This document shows positions 41,301 to 51,529 of a DNA stretch of 64,000 nt, one piece after another. The notes beneath the pieces were generated by a model. It made no database searches, was not told where the DNA came from, and saw only the letters and a program-made list of their open reading frames with translations. Each line of letters begins with the position of its first letter. The stretch's first letter is position 1. The stretch comes from Phoronis australis (Eukaryota; Animalia; Phoronida). The position numbers were made by a program, and so were the translations under genes. Location of the stretch: the NCBI GenBank assembly GCA_002633005.1, contig NMRA01000093.1, positions 314,567 to 378,566 of the forward strand, read 5' to 3'.

Positions 41301-43853
41301 GAGCCCTCATGGTCAGTTTTTGCTTGAAGATCATGCCAGCTGCGTTTTAGTGGCCTAAACATGTAAAATGTCGTGTCAACCTTGTAACATTTTCAGTCTA
41401 GTGCTCACTGCAGTCTAGATTGTTACTAATGTTGTAGAAATTATCACCCAACTATGATCTTAGTATTCACAAAGAGTTTAACCAACAACTTGACGCAAAA
41501 CACCGCTGGTCTTTAATCGCCGTTCCGACATTCCTACCGCGTTCAACGTCCTTGTGAGAATACTAAGTCGGGTGCTCTCTTAGAGATTTCAAAACTGAAG
41601 GAAGCCAGTCCGTAGTTGCAACGGGCTTGCAGTTTCGAGACGTTATTCGAAATTTAGAGACTTTATTCGAGTTTGTAACTCAAACCTAGGAATCACCAAG
41701 CACAAACTTGGACAAAACACTCATCTATGTAAATCATAACCATTGGGCTCGTATTCGAGTAAAACATAAAGCGTCAAAAATGATTTGAACTTCGAGCTTC
41801 AGTTCGGAGAGTAGACCACGGACCCAGGGGTCCGTGTCATCAAAAGTGACTTAAGGCAGAAATTGGGTCTTACGCTCTTACTTCGATCGTTTTTGCTGTT
41901 AGGGCATCACAGTCAAAATAATTATTGGAATTATCTCAGTAACTATGATCAGTTATATATATTTTCCACTTTTGCTCAAGCGAGTTATTTTTTGAAAACA
42001 GTTGTGTGGATCGGAAGACCAAATTTCTATCTTAAGTCTCAGGTCACTTTTCATGAAACACACCCCTGGTGTTGAAAGCGACTTTTTCATTGGTGTGCTT
42101 GCTCGAGTCCTCAGCAACTTTATGGTGTTCTCATTGTTTGCTTGGTAATAAAACACCTGGAGCTCCCGGAGAATCACACTGCTTTTTGGCGACTGAAACT
42201 AACTCGCTGCTACACTATAACATACTTCATGAGCCTGTTCTAAAACAATAACGAATTGCTCAATTCTTCTCAAACCTGGTACTCAAAGCTGAGAGGCCTC
42301 TTAAAGAGACCTTATCGTTTTTACGGTCAAAAACNGTATTCACAAAGAGTTTAACCAACAACTTGACGCAAAACACCGCTGGTCTTTAATCGCCGTTCCG
42401 ACATTCCCACCGCGTTCAACATTAATCCTGGTGAGAATACTAAGTCGGGTGCTCTCTTAGAGATTTCAAAACTGAAGGAAGCCAGTCCATAGTTGCAACG
42501 GGCTTGCAGTTTCGAGACGTTATTCGAAATTTAGAGATTTTATTCGAGTTTGTAACTCAAACCTAGGAATCACCAAGCACAAGCTTGGACAAAACACTCA
42601 TCTATGTAAACCATAACCACTGGGTTCGTATTCGAGTAAAACATAAAACGTCAAAAATGATTTCAACTTCGAGCTTCAGTTCGAAAAGTAGACCACGGAC
42701 CCAGGGGTCCGTTTCATTAAAAGTGACTTAAGGCAGAAATTTGGTCTTACGCTCCCACTTCATTTTTGCTGTTAGGGCATCACAGTCAAAATAATTATTG
42801 GAATTATCTCAGTAACTATGATCAGTTATATATATTTTCCACTTTTGCTCAAGCGAGTTATTTTTTGAAAACAGTTGTGTGGATCGGAAGACCAAATTTC
42901 TATCTTAAGTCTCAGGTCACTTTTCATGAAACACACCCCTGGTGTTGAAAGCGACTTTTTCATTGGTGTGCTTGCTCGAGTCCTCAGCAACTTTATGGTG
43001 TTCTCATTGTTTGCTTGGTAATAAAACACCTGGAGCTCCCGGAGAATCACACTGCTTTTTGGCGACTGAAACTAACTCGCTGCTACACTATAACATACTT
43101 CATGAACCTGTTCTAAAACAATAACGAATTGCTCAATTCTTCTCAAACCTGGTACTCAAAGCTGAGAGGCCTCTTAAAGAGACCTTATCGTTTTTACGGT
43201 CAAAAACGCAGTTTGGGATTACTGTTGATTTGGATATACTTCTTGAAGTTAATAACTGTGAACACTATAAATCGACAATTCTCGCCGTTGTGTGCTAGAT
43301 ATTCCTTGAAGCCAAGTGACCTTACAACTTTTAAGTTGCAAGGTCACTTGGCAAGCGTATTAAAATACGCTTAATTGGAATGACGTATGAACTTGCAGGG
43401 TTCCAGCTCTTCTCGCCTAGCGTTAGACTGCGCTACAGCGGGGATTGAAGGGATCTCAGGGAATCATTTTCTCGCCAATGATGCCCAAGTGTGTTTTGAC
43501 CGAAAACACGGATGCACTGCCCTTTCAAGTATTAATATCGTTTTATTGGTCACAATTCATGGTAATTGAAGTGGAAGTTTGCTAATTGCCGGGTCCCATG
43601 TAGTGCCATATTTGAAAACCGTCGCTTTGTCCATGAGGGCTTGGGGTGAACCCCGATTTGTCTAGGTTAGACCTACTTTGTACAACGAGTTAGCGTTGCC
43701 TTGTTTGCACTAAGTGGAATTTTAATGTTTAAACACATATGGTAAAATCTGACCTGTTGTACTTTCGTGGGAGTCCTCGACAACGATATTACCCTCTGAA
43801 CTAATTGAGACCCACGACGGTTGATCCTTGATTTCAACTTGAGTTTTGTCCAT
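14231..43853 (-). CDS. CERK: Ceramide kinase-like lipid kinase (PH-like N-terminus plus DAGK-type catalytic domain), 11 coding exons, 459 aa
   Basis: Exons 43853-43754, 41098-40916, 39244-39110, 37425-37362, 37266-37121, 20782-20708 (duplicate 27001-26927), 18287-18132, 17143-17071, 15998-15761, 15541-15402, 14300-14231. All are GT-AG and phase-consistent, totalling 1380 nt. Motifs RPKSLLVFVNPDSG, VIAVGGDG, LGVIPAGS, FGYG, RY and DGE occur in CERK order. Orthology versus paralogy is uncertain. Confidence 0.88.
15402..15541 (-). CDS. CERK: CERK-like exon 10 (ENVELID...PIDGEH...FEIR)
   Basis: 140 nt, conserved DGE motif. Confidence 0.87.
15761..15998 (-). CDS. CERK: CERK-like exon 9 (DWTTRSGVYCGV...GISTLLLLKPHGRWATLKFLI)
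   Basis: 238 nt, ttacag acceptor and gtaagt donor; aligns loosely to CERK WQVVCG...DLILIRKCSRFNFLRFL. Confidence 0.82.
16671..16953. mobile_element. PIF/Harbinger-like MITE with CAG target duplication (related copies 41828-42065 and about 42704-42938)
   Basis: Imperfect TIRs g.gtccgtttc.tgaaa..gactt/aagtca.tttcat.aaac; CWG trinucleotide flanks. Confidence 0.6.
17071..17143 (-). CDS. CERK: CERK-like exon 8 (MIRSLMNYRTFHVLVEYKAADRDHS)
   Basis: 73 nt; phase 1 to phase 2 links exons 7 and 9. Confidence 0.8.
18132..18287 (-). CDS. CERK: CERK-like exon 7 (DEIATNASS...MFGYGCLTDFLYWTEGWLRRLGPLRYLIG)
   Basis: 156 nt, GT-AG; aligns to CERK LGYGFYGD...RWLGLARY. Confidence 0.88.
18881..18987. mobile_element. 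CATGGG...CCCATG MITE with 5-bp target duplication TAACA
   Basis: TIRs present; taaca at 18876-18880 and 18988-18992; same family as 52529-52668. Confidence 0.8.
20708..20782 (-). CDS. CERK: CERK-like exon 6 (GSGDGYSCITTGTRDPTSSALRIVRG)
   Basis: 75 nt, tttcag acceptor and gtaagt donor; aligns to CERK GSTD...TSALHIVVG. Confidence 0.88.
21978..22150. mobile_element. ~175-bp MITE (copies about 28222-28404 and 36601-36777)
   Basis: TIRs aattgaccc.tagc/gc.atgggtcaatt with shared internal sequence. Confidence 0.7.
22610..22894 (+). mobile_element. P-element/THAP9-type transposase C-terminal exon, degraded (copy about 28881-29170)
   Basis: Acceptor tttcag, then ELLGEPGVQQILSERICCQDN.GQHFAKHRK.CGTN.APTIQQF...DDTPIPRR, resembling the P-type SERFxQDxLExxFxxxR..G..NP motif. 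Confidence 0.7.
23421..24984 (-). pseudogene. Spliced, decayed transposon-associated ORF convergent on the P-like transposase (copy about 29688-31241)
   Basis: Two exons (ATG 24984 with donor near 24835; acceptor near 24400) with frameshifts. The motif LCYVTGYIPFSL...WIDRFNRGG resembles the YxxGY...W...RGGL region of P-element proteins. Confidence 0.55.
26927..27001 (-). CDS. CERK: CERK-like exon 6, second copy within the probable alternate-haplotype segment
   Basis: Same peptide as 20708-20782 with one synonymous change (GAC/GAT); splice sites intact. Confidence 0.6.
33367..33437 (-). repeat. tRNA-derived sequence (pseudo-tRNA or SINE head; copy about 34982-35052)
   Basis: A-box tggtgcagtgg and B-box ggttcgaaacc; weak acceptor stem and 5-nt anticodon loop, so not a functional tRNA. 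Confidence 0.6.
33636..33884 (+). pseudogene. Truncated THAP zinc-finger ORF (duplicate of 35251-35499)
   Basis: Same peptide with one substitution. Confidence 0.7.
35089..36305 (+). mobile_element. Kolobok-like deletion-derivative DNA transposon (allelic partial copy 33474-34271)
   Basis: TTAA at 35085-35088 and 36306-36309; TIRs AGGAGAATGCCAC/GTGACATTCTCCT; internal THAP ORF. Confidence 0.8.
35251..35499 (+). pseudogene. Truncated THAP zinc-finger ORF inside the Kolobok-like element
   Basis: MAWCTVPAC...SFFGFP...RKWL...LHF; the third Cys is lost, apparently through a small indel. Confidence 0.75.
37121..37266 (-). CDS. CERK: CERK-like exon 5 (VIAVGGDGTVADVINGL...RLGVIPAG)
   Basis: GGDG catalytic motif; 146 nt, GT-AG. 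Confidence 0.93.
37362..37425 (-). CDS. CERK: CERK-like exon 4 (VTERGRQSTEMLQKYDLSRIDG)
   Basis: 64 nt, donor gtaagt; matches the TE...DG segment of CERK/SPHK. Confidence 0.88.
37930..38175 (+). repeat. Degenerate ~39-bp tandem repeat
   Basis: Recurring tactt(c)cactacacttacaacgacagg unit. Confidence 0.6.
39110..39244 (-). CDS. CERK: CERK-like exon 3 (RPKSLLVFVNPDSGSNKG...APYFKLAGI)
   Basis: DAGK-family NPxSG motif; 135 nt, GT-AG. Confidence 0.92.
40916..41098 (-). CDS. CERK: CERK-like exon 2 (PH-like: TIDLKDVIAC...EIGRWLKEIEVRLS)
   Basis: AG at 41099-41100, donor gtctga, 183 nt; C-terminal PH-type helix with Trp. Confidence 0.8.
41463..43207. repeat. ~872-bp direct duplication across the N at 42335 (probable allelic overlap)
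   Basis: 41463-42334 versus 42336-43207, with scattered SNPs and indels. Confidence 0.9.
43754..43853 (-). CDS. CERK: CERK-like exon 1 (MDKTQVEIKDQPSWVSISSEGNIVVEDSHESTT)
   Basis: ATG at 43853, donor G|gtcaga; phase 1 matches exon 2. Support is phase and position rather than strong motif similarity. Confidence 0.6.
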
Positions 43854-44092
43854 GGTCTATGCACCACCTTTAACTAGAAGATCAGACCGGCACTCGTAGA
43901 TTTTGTTCTGTACGCACTGCAATTATCGAGGTCACGATAAAGTTTGTACTTTGAACATCGCCGGCAGTTCAGTTTTCAAATCTATGTAAACAGATATCAG
44001 TTACCAGCATGACGGCCTTCCCACGTTCAGTGATTTTACCAGACGCAGAGGGTCGTGAGCGTGTGATAACATCTAGCTCCTTTGTCAACTGT

Positions 44093-44175
44093 AATGGTCT
44101 GATATAACGTGCCCGAATTTTGAGAAACAGGCATTAATTGGTTCTCTAAATACGGGCACGTTATATCAGACTATT
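44093..44175. repeat. 83-bp hairpin or miniature MITE
   Basis: gtctgatataacgtgcccg pairs perfectly with cgggcacgttatatcagac; inner gagaa/ttctc also pairs. Confidence 0.85.
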
Positions 44176-44312
44176 GTCTTTGTTAATTGCCAACCACAGA
44201 ATTTTTGTCTGGTTTGACAGCAGGCAGGCCAATTATCTACCGGGCTTATTGCAGTTCAGGTGTGAACACATTCAAACCAAAGCGAATTATATCAAATAAA
44301 CACAGCAAAATC

Positions 44313-44738
44313 GGGAGCCCCAACTGGGAATTGAACCACAGGTCTCTAAATTGCCGGTCCAGTGCCCTTACCAGTGAGCTACTGAGGACCCGATATCTGT
44401 ATAATTACTGTTTAAAGTCAACTGTTATGTCATACATCCCGTGAGCGGCGTTTCGCCCTTTTCACACGAGATTTGGACAAATATAATTATACAAGCAGCA
44501 ATTTACCAGTATGTGTTAATTAGTTATAGTAAATATATAGGCGTTGAGGTTGGCCAGTAGAGAAATATATAAAATAAACATAAAAAAATCAGGAGCCCCA
44601 CTCTGGGACTCGAGCTCCAGGTATGACACAACAGTTGGCTTTAAACAGTATAATTACGTAAATAGTCGGGTCCTCAGGAGCTCAGTGGAAAGAGCGCTAG
44701 ACCGGCAATCTAGACACCTGTGGTTCGATTGGGGCTCC
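44313..44738. repeat. Inverted pair of tRNA-derived repeats (~120-bp arms)
   Basis: 44313-44435 is an imperfect reverse complement of 44621-44738; A-box agctcagtgg, B-box ggttcga. Confidence 0.75.
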
Positions 44739-47700
44739 TGCCAACCCTTACCAAAGCGAATTAGTAAGCTACGTTAGAAAAGAATAGATTGTCGTTACTT
44801 CGGTTGTAGGTGGGCGATTTTGTCGATTCAAAAACTAAACATGATCATCATTTGGCGAGAAATTCAGAAATGATTTTGGTTTATGTTCAAATATGTTATA
44901 ACTTAACTTTATTTTTAACAGCACAGCCCATTCAAGCTAGATATGATCTTGTTGGAGATTACAGCAATTATCAGAGCCAGAATGGAGTTAATCAGTCGAG
45001 TAAGATATTGGCTACAGGGGTGTTCTTCCCAACTTGTTGTTGGGCTATAATCGAACAAGTTAGGATCAAGGGAAAACGCCGTAATGAGGGTCACGTTAGC
45101 CAGCGTTCACCTCGCGCAATATAGGTGTTGTGGGAGGTAATAAAAATTTTGACGCTTCCGAAAAAATGCTCCGGGACTTCTTTCGGAAATGTGCCCGGAA
45201 CATCTAGAAATGGAAGTCACATTGCCATCAGTTAAGAAACAAAACAGTATAATACATATCTATATAACGAAACATTGTATGGTAGTGCTAGTATTTATCT
45301 ATCTTGTTGGAATTAGTAGTGTAAATATACTGCTTTGGAGGAATGTGTTTAAATGGCCAAATGTAGATGTCAATCACTCAAAACCGATATCATTAAAAAT
45401 GCACTCTTCCTTGAGTATACTGAATAAGTTACCGATGTTAAATGGTGGAGCGATAATATGCGTCGGCTTTCTGCTCCAAGAAATACATCGTCACCTTATA
45501 CGTCAATTTCTTGCCAATCCTTCAGTTTATTGTTCTTCTTACGCAAGTTTGCTTACATTTCACATCAAATTACCGGACTTTGTTTGAATTCATCCTATTA
45601 GTATTTATAACCAGCAAACCTAGTGTCTGAGCTAATTTTGCTCTAACGAGGTGTTCACTGACCATCTGACCCGAAAGATGTCGCAAAAAATAGCAAATGG
45701 AGCGTGCGCGTCTCACGACCGTAATTTTCAAGTCGACGACAGATGTTTAATACGGAGGAAGGTGGACCTTTTTGCGCGCAAAGGCTCAAAACAAACAGCC
45801 ACCCCTATTCCAACGCTGCCTTTTCCTCACCAGTGTTGAGACACGGCCAGCAATCATCCGCCAGAGATATTGAAGGAACGCTGTACAATAACAAAGGCGG
45901 GTCCAACTTTTTATGAAAAAGAAAATCCACATGAAACTACTGGCTCCAGAGGAGAATTCTAGTTCGCAAACTGGTAATGAAATTTAGTTTCGTCATCTAT
46001 GGAATTCGAAATGACAAAAAAGAAATCGTCTGTTCTTCCCGCTTTGGCTAAAAAAGCGTTCCAGATCCCCTGGACCCCTCCCCTTCACTCCGCTGGGTCC
46101 GCTTGCGTTATTCTGATAATCATGATAGGATTTTACTGTTCTTACAAAAAAGAACATCGAAACCATCGGCGACTCAAAATACGCTTCAGGGTTTATTGTG
46201 TTTGACCAACTCTAAAACTGAAAATACTGACACATGCCCGGATTCGGGCAAACATAAGGGAGATTCGGACAACACAAGAAAAAATCGGGCAGTGGTGGAG
46301 CATTCAGTGGGAAAATCTATGTCATAAATTATGAATAAGGATAAACATAGTTCAAGTGATCGGAAAATCAACGTGGGGGCCCCTGGTGGACGACAGAAGA
46401 AACAGCAAGCGTCAATGTCTCGCGTAGGGTAGTGTATTTTGCAATACCCAGCGAATGGTTGAATAATTACGTGAGAAATGGAAGAGGTACGCGTTAAATA
46501 ATTGTGACAAAAGCACGACGTTTGACGAGTCGATGTTCAGCTCTATCCCGCGCTCAACTTGTCAGCGATCATATTGTTTGTAACTGTGTGTCCAATAGCT
46601 GTTCAGTTCACGCAAACATTGGATTGAGCGAAGAAAATATCTCTGATTATGTTACGCACTGACAATACGCATACGAGCGTTTTCGATGATTGCCTATCAA
46701 AAAAGCGAAACGAGAATGTTTATCTAAGTATGCGTAATCACCTTGTCACTTGCGATCGCAATCTCTTTGCAAAGCGAGTAACTATTTCTGCTGCCCCTCT
46801 AAGCTTGTTGCAGCCAGTGGCTTGAATGAAGAAAACAAGGGTGAAATTTCGAATGAATAAATGATCAAAAGTACAATTTTTTGTCACTTAGCAATACTTT
46901 TCTATCTCAGTAATCACTCAGAGGGCGCTGCGAAGCAATGTAAAGGAATTAATCACAAAATCCATCGGTCGAGCCTGTGTACTCCAACTAAAATCCGGAA
47001 ATGGACAGCCGCACAAGCTCAAACCAAAAATATGGAAATTGTGACAGCTGAACATGCCTCAATCTCAAGCAATTTTCCAAGGATAGTGATATGGGTCGCG
47101 TGAAAATTGGTGCCTATTTTTCCGGCTGAAACGGGCAAGGTGAATGTCGGATGACTCAGATTTTGCGCCCGTCCTATATGTCGAAATAAGTTTCACGAGA
47201 AGGTGACAAGCAGAACTATCCAGGCAATGTGAAATTTTGAGGCTTACATGAATGTGAAGATAATACAGAGCGATTCCTAGCTGTATTTCGTGAAATTAGT
47301 CAAACTGGCTGGCTGGCTGGCTAATCTTAGAGGAATTATTAATTCCCTCAAATCCCACGAGGATACGCGAGCGGGAAATGACTGTAGAGGGCACGTGATG
47401 ATCGACTTCCGCACACCATACTGGACACTACATGTATAAACAGAATACACTTATTCCGATAATTTTGAGACCGTTCTGTAAATACAATGTTAGTAGGAAC
47501 GAAATGTGCTGAGGTTTTTATCTCCAATGAAAAGGGTTATTATTTAATTTATGCCTAAGCCCTCTGCACGTGAACATATGCGAGCTTGTGCACTACTAAA
47601 CATCCAGACTGAGCTCTGAAGTTTGCTTTTATGAACAACCCTGTGGTTTCATAGGCGGATTTAGGGGGGGCCACGGCCCCCCCCTTGGCTGCCGCAAAAA

Positions 47701-49327
47701 ATTAAGCAGAGCGTAGGGAAATGTTGAGTTTATTAATTAACCCCGGTAATCAAAATTATACGGATGAAAAAAAGATTTAAATATGAACAGTTTTAGTGTT
47801 GGGGGGGGCTCAAATCCAATTTCAAGTGTCAAATTCTGAACACGGCGCATTCGTAACGGAGCTGTGGCTAAGTATAGGCTCTCCCGCAATATCCCAGGCG
47901 ACCGGCAGTGGCGCTGCGCACTACGACTCCGTTTCCGTCGTCTGCTCCACTGTGCAATGAAGAAAATTTACTTCATTTTTTTACGAAAATGGAACCTGAG
48001 TGACGATGAAAAAAACAGAAGCTGCTGGTAACATGTGAATTTTAATCGAAGCCTTAGTAAATCACTCAGAAACTCGCAATACTCTCTTTGTCAAACCTTA
48101 TCTTAAGACGATTTCCAAAGCAATTCCGTCATTATTGCCAACACGAAAAACGGATTTGGTCTTTTGGGCATTTGAAGACTATTTTAAATACGACAAATTT
48201 GTTAAGAAGTGATGGCACAAAATATAAAACGTGTAATAAGCATTACAAAAAGAAGTAGGTTTCGTCTCTTAATAAGACGTTAAGTCGTGGTGGTGTAGAG
48301 GTTATGTAAGCGCGCTCAAATCGTCAGGTCGTGAGTTCGAATCTTTGATACGTGCACTTTTTCCTGTTTGACATGTTCTCCGTTTTTTTGCCTTTTTTTT
48401 TCTTGGATAATACTTCAGGAATCAAGGAAAATGCTTGATTTTTAGAGGTAAAAACAGAAAATTTCCTGGACGGGAGGGGGGTTTGCCCCTCCCCCCATTC
48501 GGTGCTATGCGCATCTACAACAGAGGCGGATCTACGGGGGGGGNCTGTGTTGCTAGTCTTGTTAGTTGGTACATCTACTCTACAGAGTGTAGGTGAAGAT
48601 CGACCTGTCTTCACACGTTACGATCTTTCCTTTGTTTTCGACTACGCCTTGTTATCGAGTGCCTTGAACTGAAGTAGACGTATTGGTAGCAACCCACGTT
48701 ATGATGCAGTGACATTTCAGTACGACCTGCTTGAAATGTTATTACTGATTCGAATGTTATGGCGAACAGGTTGACAAATGCCCACGAACCACGGCGGGCC
48801 TGTCCAACGTATTACGAGCTCCTGTCACGTGACAACAGACATGATGTAGACGTGTTCGAAAAGACTATCGCCATTAGCCACAGCTAATGTGGAAATGCAT
48901 GGCGATAAGATATCCCACATCAAATGGTGATAAAAAATGTCCATTAACAGCAGACTTTCCCAACAACGGTTCTGTTCCAATCAGGTTAGTCTTTTATGAA
49001 TATAGTTGCAGGGTAATAGTTAGGCAATTACATCGCCCTGGATGCCGCAGACATACAGGGGCGATAGTACATTCCCACAAAAAGTTACAAATTTCAAAAT
49101 ACAGGAAATAAAATCAAATGAAACATGCATATATGCACAAGGAGTTATAAACAACTCAAACCATAAGACTGGAGACGAATCAGTCAAAATAATTTGAACA
49201 TATCTATGAAAATCTGTCGCGGTTTGCTCGAGTTTCTCTTACCGGTGCCATTTTGAGGAAGTTACGTGAAATCACGTAAGTTGACGAATAAAAAGTTCAA
49301 GGACACAAATCTTACAAATTTAACCTG

Positions 49328-50657
49328 GGCCCGGTCTCCAATCTCCGTACTCAGACTCATACTCATACTCGAGATTTCCTACTCAAAATCGTGCTCACTG
49401 GAGTCGTACTCAAAAAGCGTATCTAATGTCGTATTTCGAGAAGTCTCCAAACGTACTCAAATCTGACACTCATACTCGAGTTGCTATGGAACTCTTTATG
49501 ATGTGAAATGCAAAATCACGCAAAGCCGCGCTGATTCCTCACTCCCTATTGGAAAAGACCACCCCAGGAACTAGGCCTACATTATCGTCTGCTGTCGCTA
49601 CAACTACAAGAGTATGTCTATAGCGTGGAATTCTGAGTGTTCTGTAACTGTTATTCATTTTTTAGTTTCAATAAATATTCTTATGCCATTTCTTTGATAC
49701 ATTTGGCAATTATTAATCTTTACTTCTTGAGTTCCTCACCCAGTCCCGAAAATGTCTGAAGAAATTTGTACCAGCTTATCACATCACATCTCTGTTGCTA
49801 ATTTAGTCTTGAAATAAAACCCATTGCTGTGTAGGCCTACGCTGATGTCAAACTTTGATACTGTATCTTTGTATTTTACCGGGATGTATCAAGTGAGTTG
49901 ACATTTGGCACGTGAGTTAAAAAACGGGACGAGACGTCTACTTAGAAATCGGCAAACAAAATCTGGAATTCCATTTGGGGATTGAGGAATTATAGATGAC
50001 TAAGTTATGATGAGAAATGTACCTGACTTTTTTAACTTCCCTCCCCTCTTCGTCTTTTGGAAACCCTACAAAACGTAGGCACACATACCGAAATAAGGGC
50101 AGCACAAACTTCTCACACGACTTTTCCCACAACTGCTTTCGACGCTTGTTATGACTCACCGACAAGGGATTACAATGCGCCTGTTGCCAGGAATTGTAGA
50201 GGTAGAATGGCGGCCACAACATACAGTGATACGGCGGGTTAATAAGGTGAAGAATTTGAAGATTTAAGATGAAAACTATTATCTCTGAACTGAAATTGAA
50301 GTGCTGAGATACGGTAAGAGGACTTATTTTTTAGATTTGCTGTGTTTCTTGGTTCCCTTTCGATGTTGTGTTCTCTGGCTCGTATTTATTTTCGAGTACG
50401 ATTTTAAGCACACTGCCATACCAAACTTGAAATTTGAGCATAGACTCCGAATTTTTACTCAAAATCGTACTCGAAATATAGATGAGATACACTTCAGTTC
50501 GAGTACACTCGAAAACTGAGTACGTGCTCGAAATTTCGAGTACAGATTTTTCGAGTATGACATTGAATACACCAAAGCTGAGTCTGTACTCGAGTTGAGT
50601 ATGAAGTGTGAGTTTGAGCATGATTCGAGTCTGAGTACGGAGATTGGAGACCGGGCC
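49328..50657. mobile_element. PIF/Harbinger-like non-autonomous element, 1330 bp, CTG target duplication
   Basis: Perfect TIR GGCCCGGTCTCCAATCTCCGTACTCAGACTC at both ends; ctg at 49325-49327 and 50658-50660; subterminal gtactc/gagtac repeats. Confidence 0.88.
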
Positions 50658-51529
50658 CTGATACCTTCTCATGCTATTTTGCAAGTGTCACGCGCAGGCG
50701 TCACGCGCTTCGCTCAGTCTCGCGCTAGCCTTTGCCTAACTCACGTGACTCAGTTGACATACTTAGTGGTTATCGTGTGCGTGGTGAAAAAAGTTAACGG
50801 CAACCAAAAAAGCGGAGTTGAAATTCTTGGCCAAAGTCACCTTAATTCTCACAACTAAGCTTCTCCAAAGATACATTTATGTATAGAAGTAGAAAAGACC
50901 AATGAAGAAAGTAAGCGCTTTTTCAAGTGATAGTTTTAAGTGTGGAATGCATTTTGACGACGTGGAAACTCAAAATCGGTGGCTGGATTTGGCCTACCGC
51001 CCGTGTTGCCTAGGTAGCCTAATAGTAGCCTACCGTGGCGTTCTGCCCCTTGTTCCCTAAAGGCTTTTTCAACCATAGGCCTACTTCGCAGACGATCAGA
51101 GACCACGCAGCACTCCATTTGGGTTGCAATTCAACTTTTGTCACGTGGCATCACGTGCTGTTGACGATATGTTCGGCTAGAACTGCGCTCCTATAAGCTG
51201 TAAAGTTCAGAGTAAGAGAATAGTGAATTAGTTTTTGACGAAATAAATGTTTGACAAACTAAGGTTGATGTTTCAGTCACTGCGACTAAATGAATTGTCA
51301 ACGTCAGGTTCAAGTGCGGCTGTATTTACTCGCCGCGCCCGGCGCCGCTCCCCGTTGCCGTCTGCGGAAAAAATGGCTCACAATGACAAGAATCAAAGGT
51401 AAGTGGACAAACTTATTTATTACTACTCAACAAACAATGACCACAAATGAAACACGCAAGTTGTACAAATAGCGGCTGGTCTACACTGGAAAAATGCGTC
51501 ATTTTTGCTTCGCTAGTTTGGCCATCTTT

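Noticed and set aside
41463-43207. Tandemly duplicated small ORFs (41863-42251 and 42766-43124)
   Set aside because: N-bounded overlap made of MITE sequence inside CERK intron 1; the ORFs have no recognisable coding features.
45189-45587. 132-aa + strand ORF, or an alternative CERK first exon
   Set aside because: No recognisable motifs or consistent splice phase; 43754-43853 fits exon 1 better.
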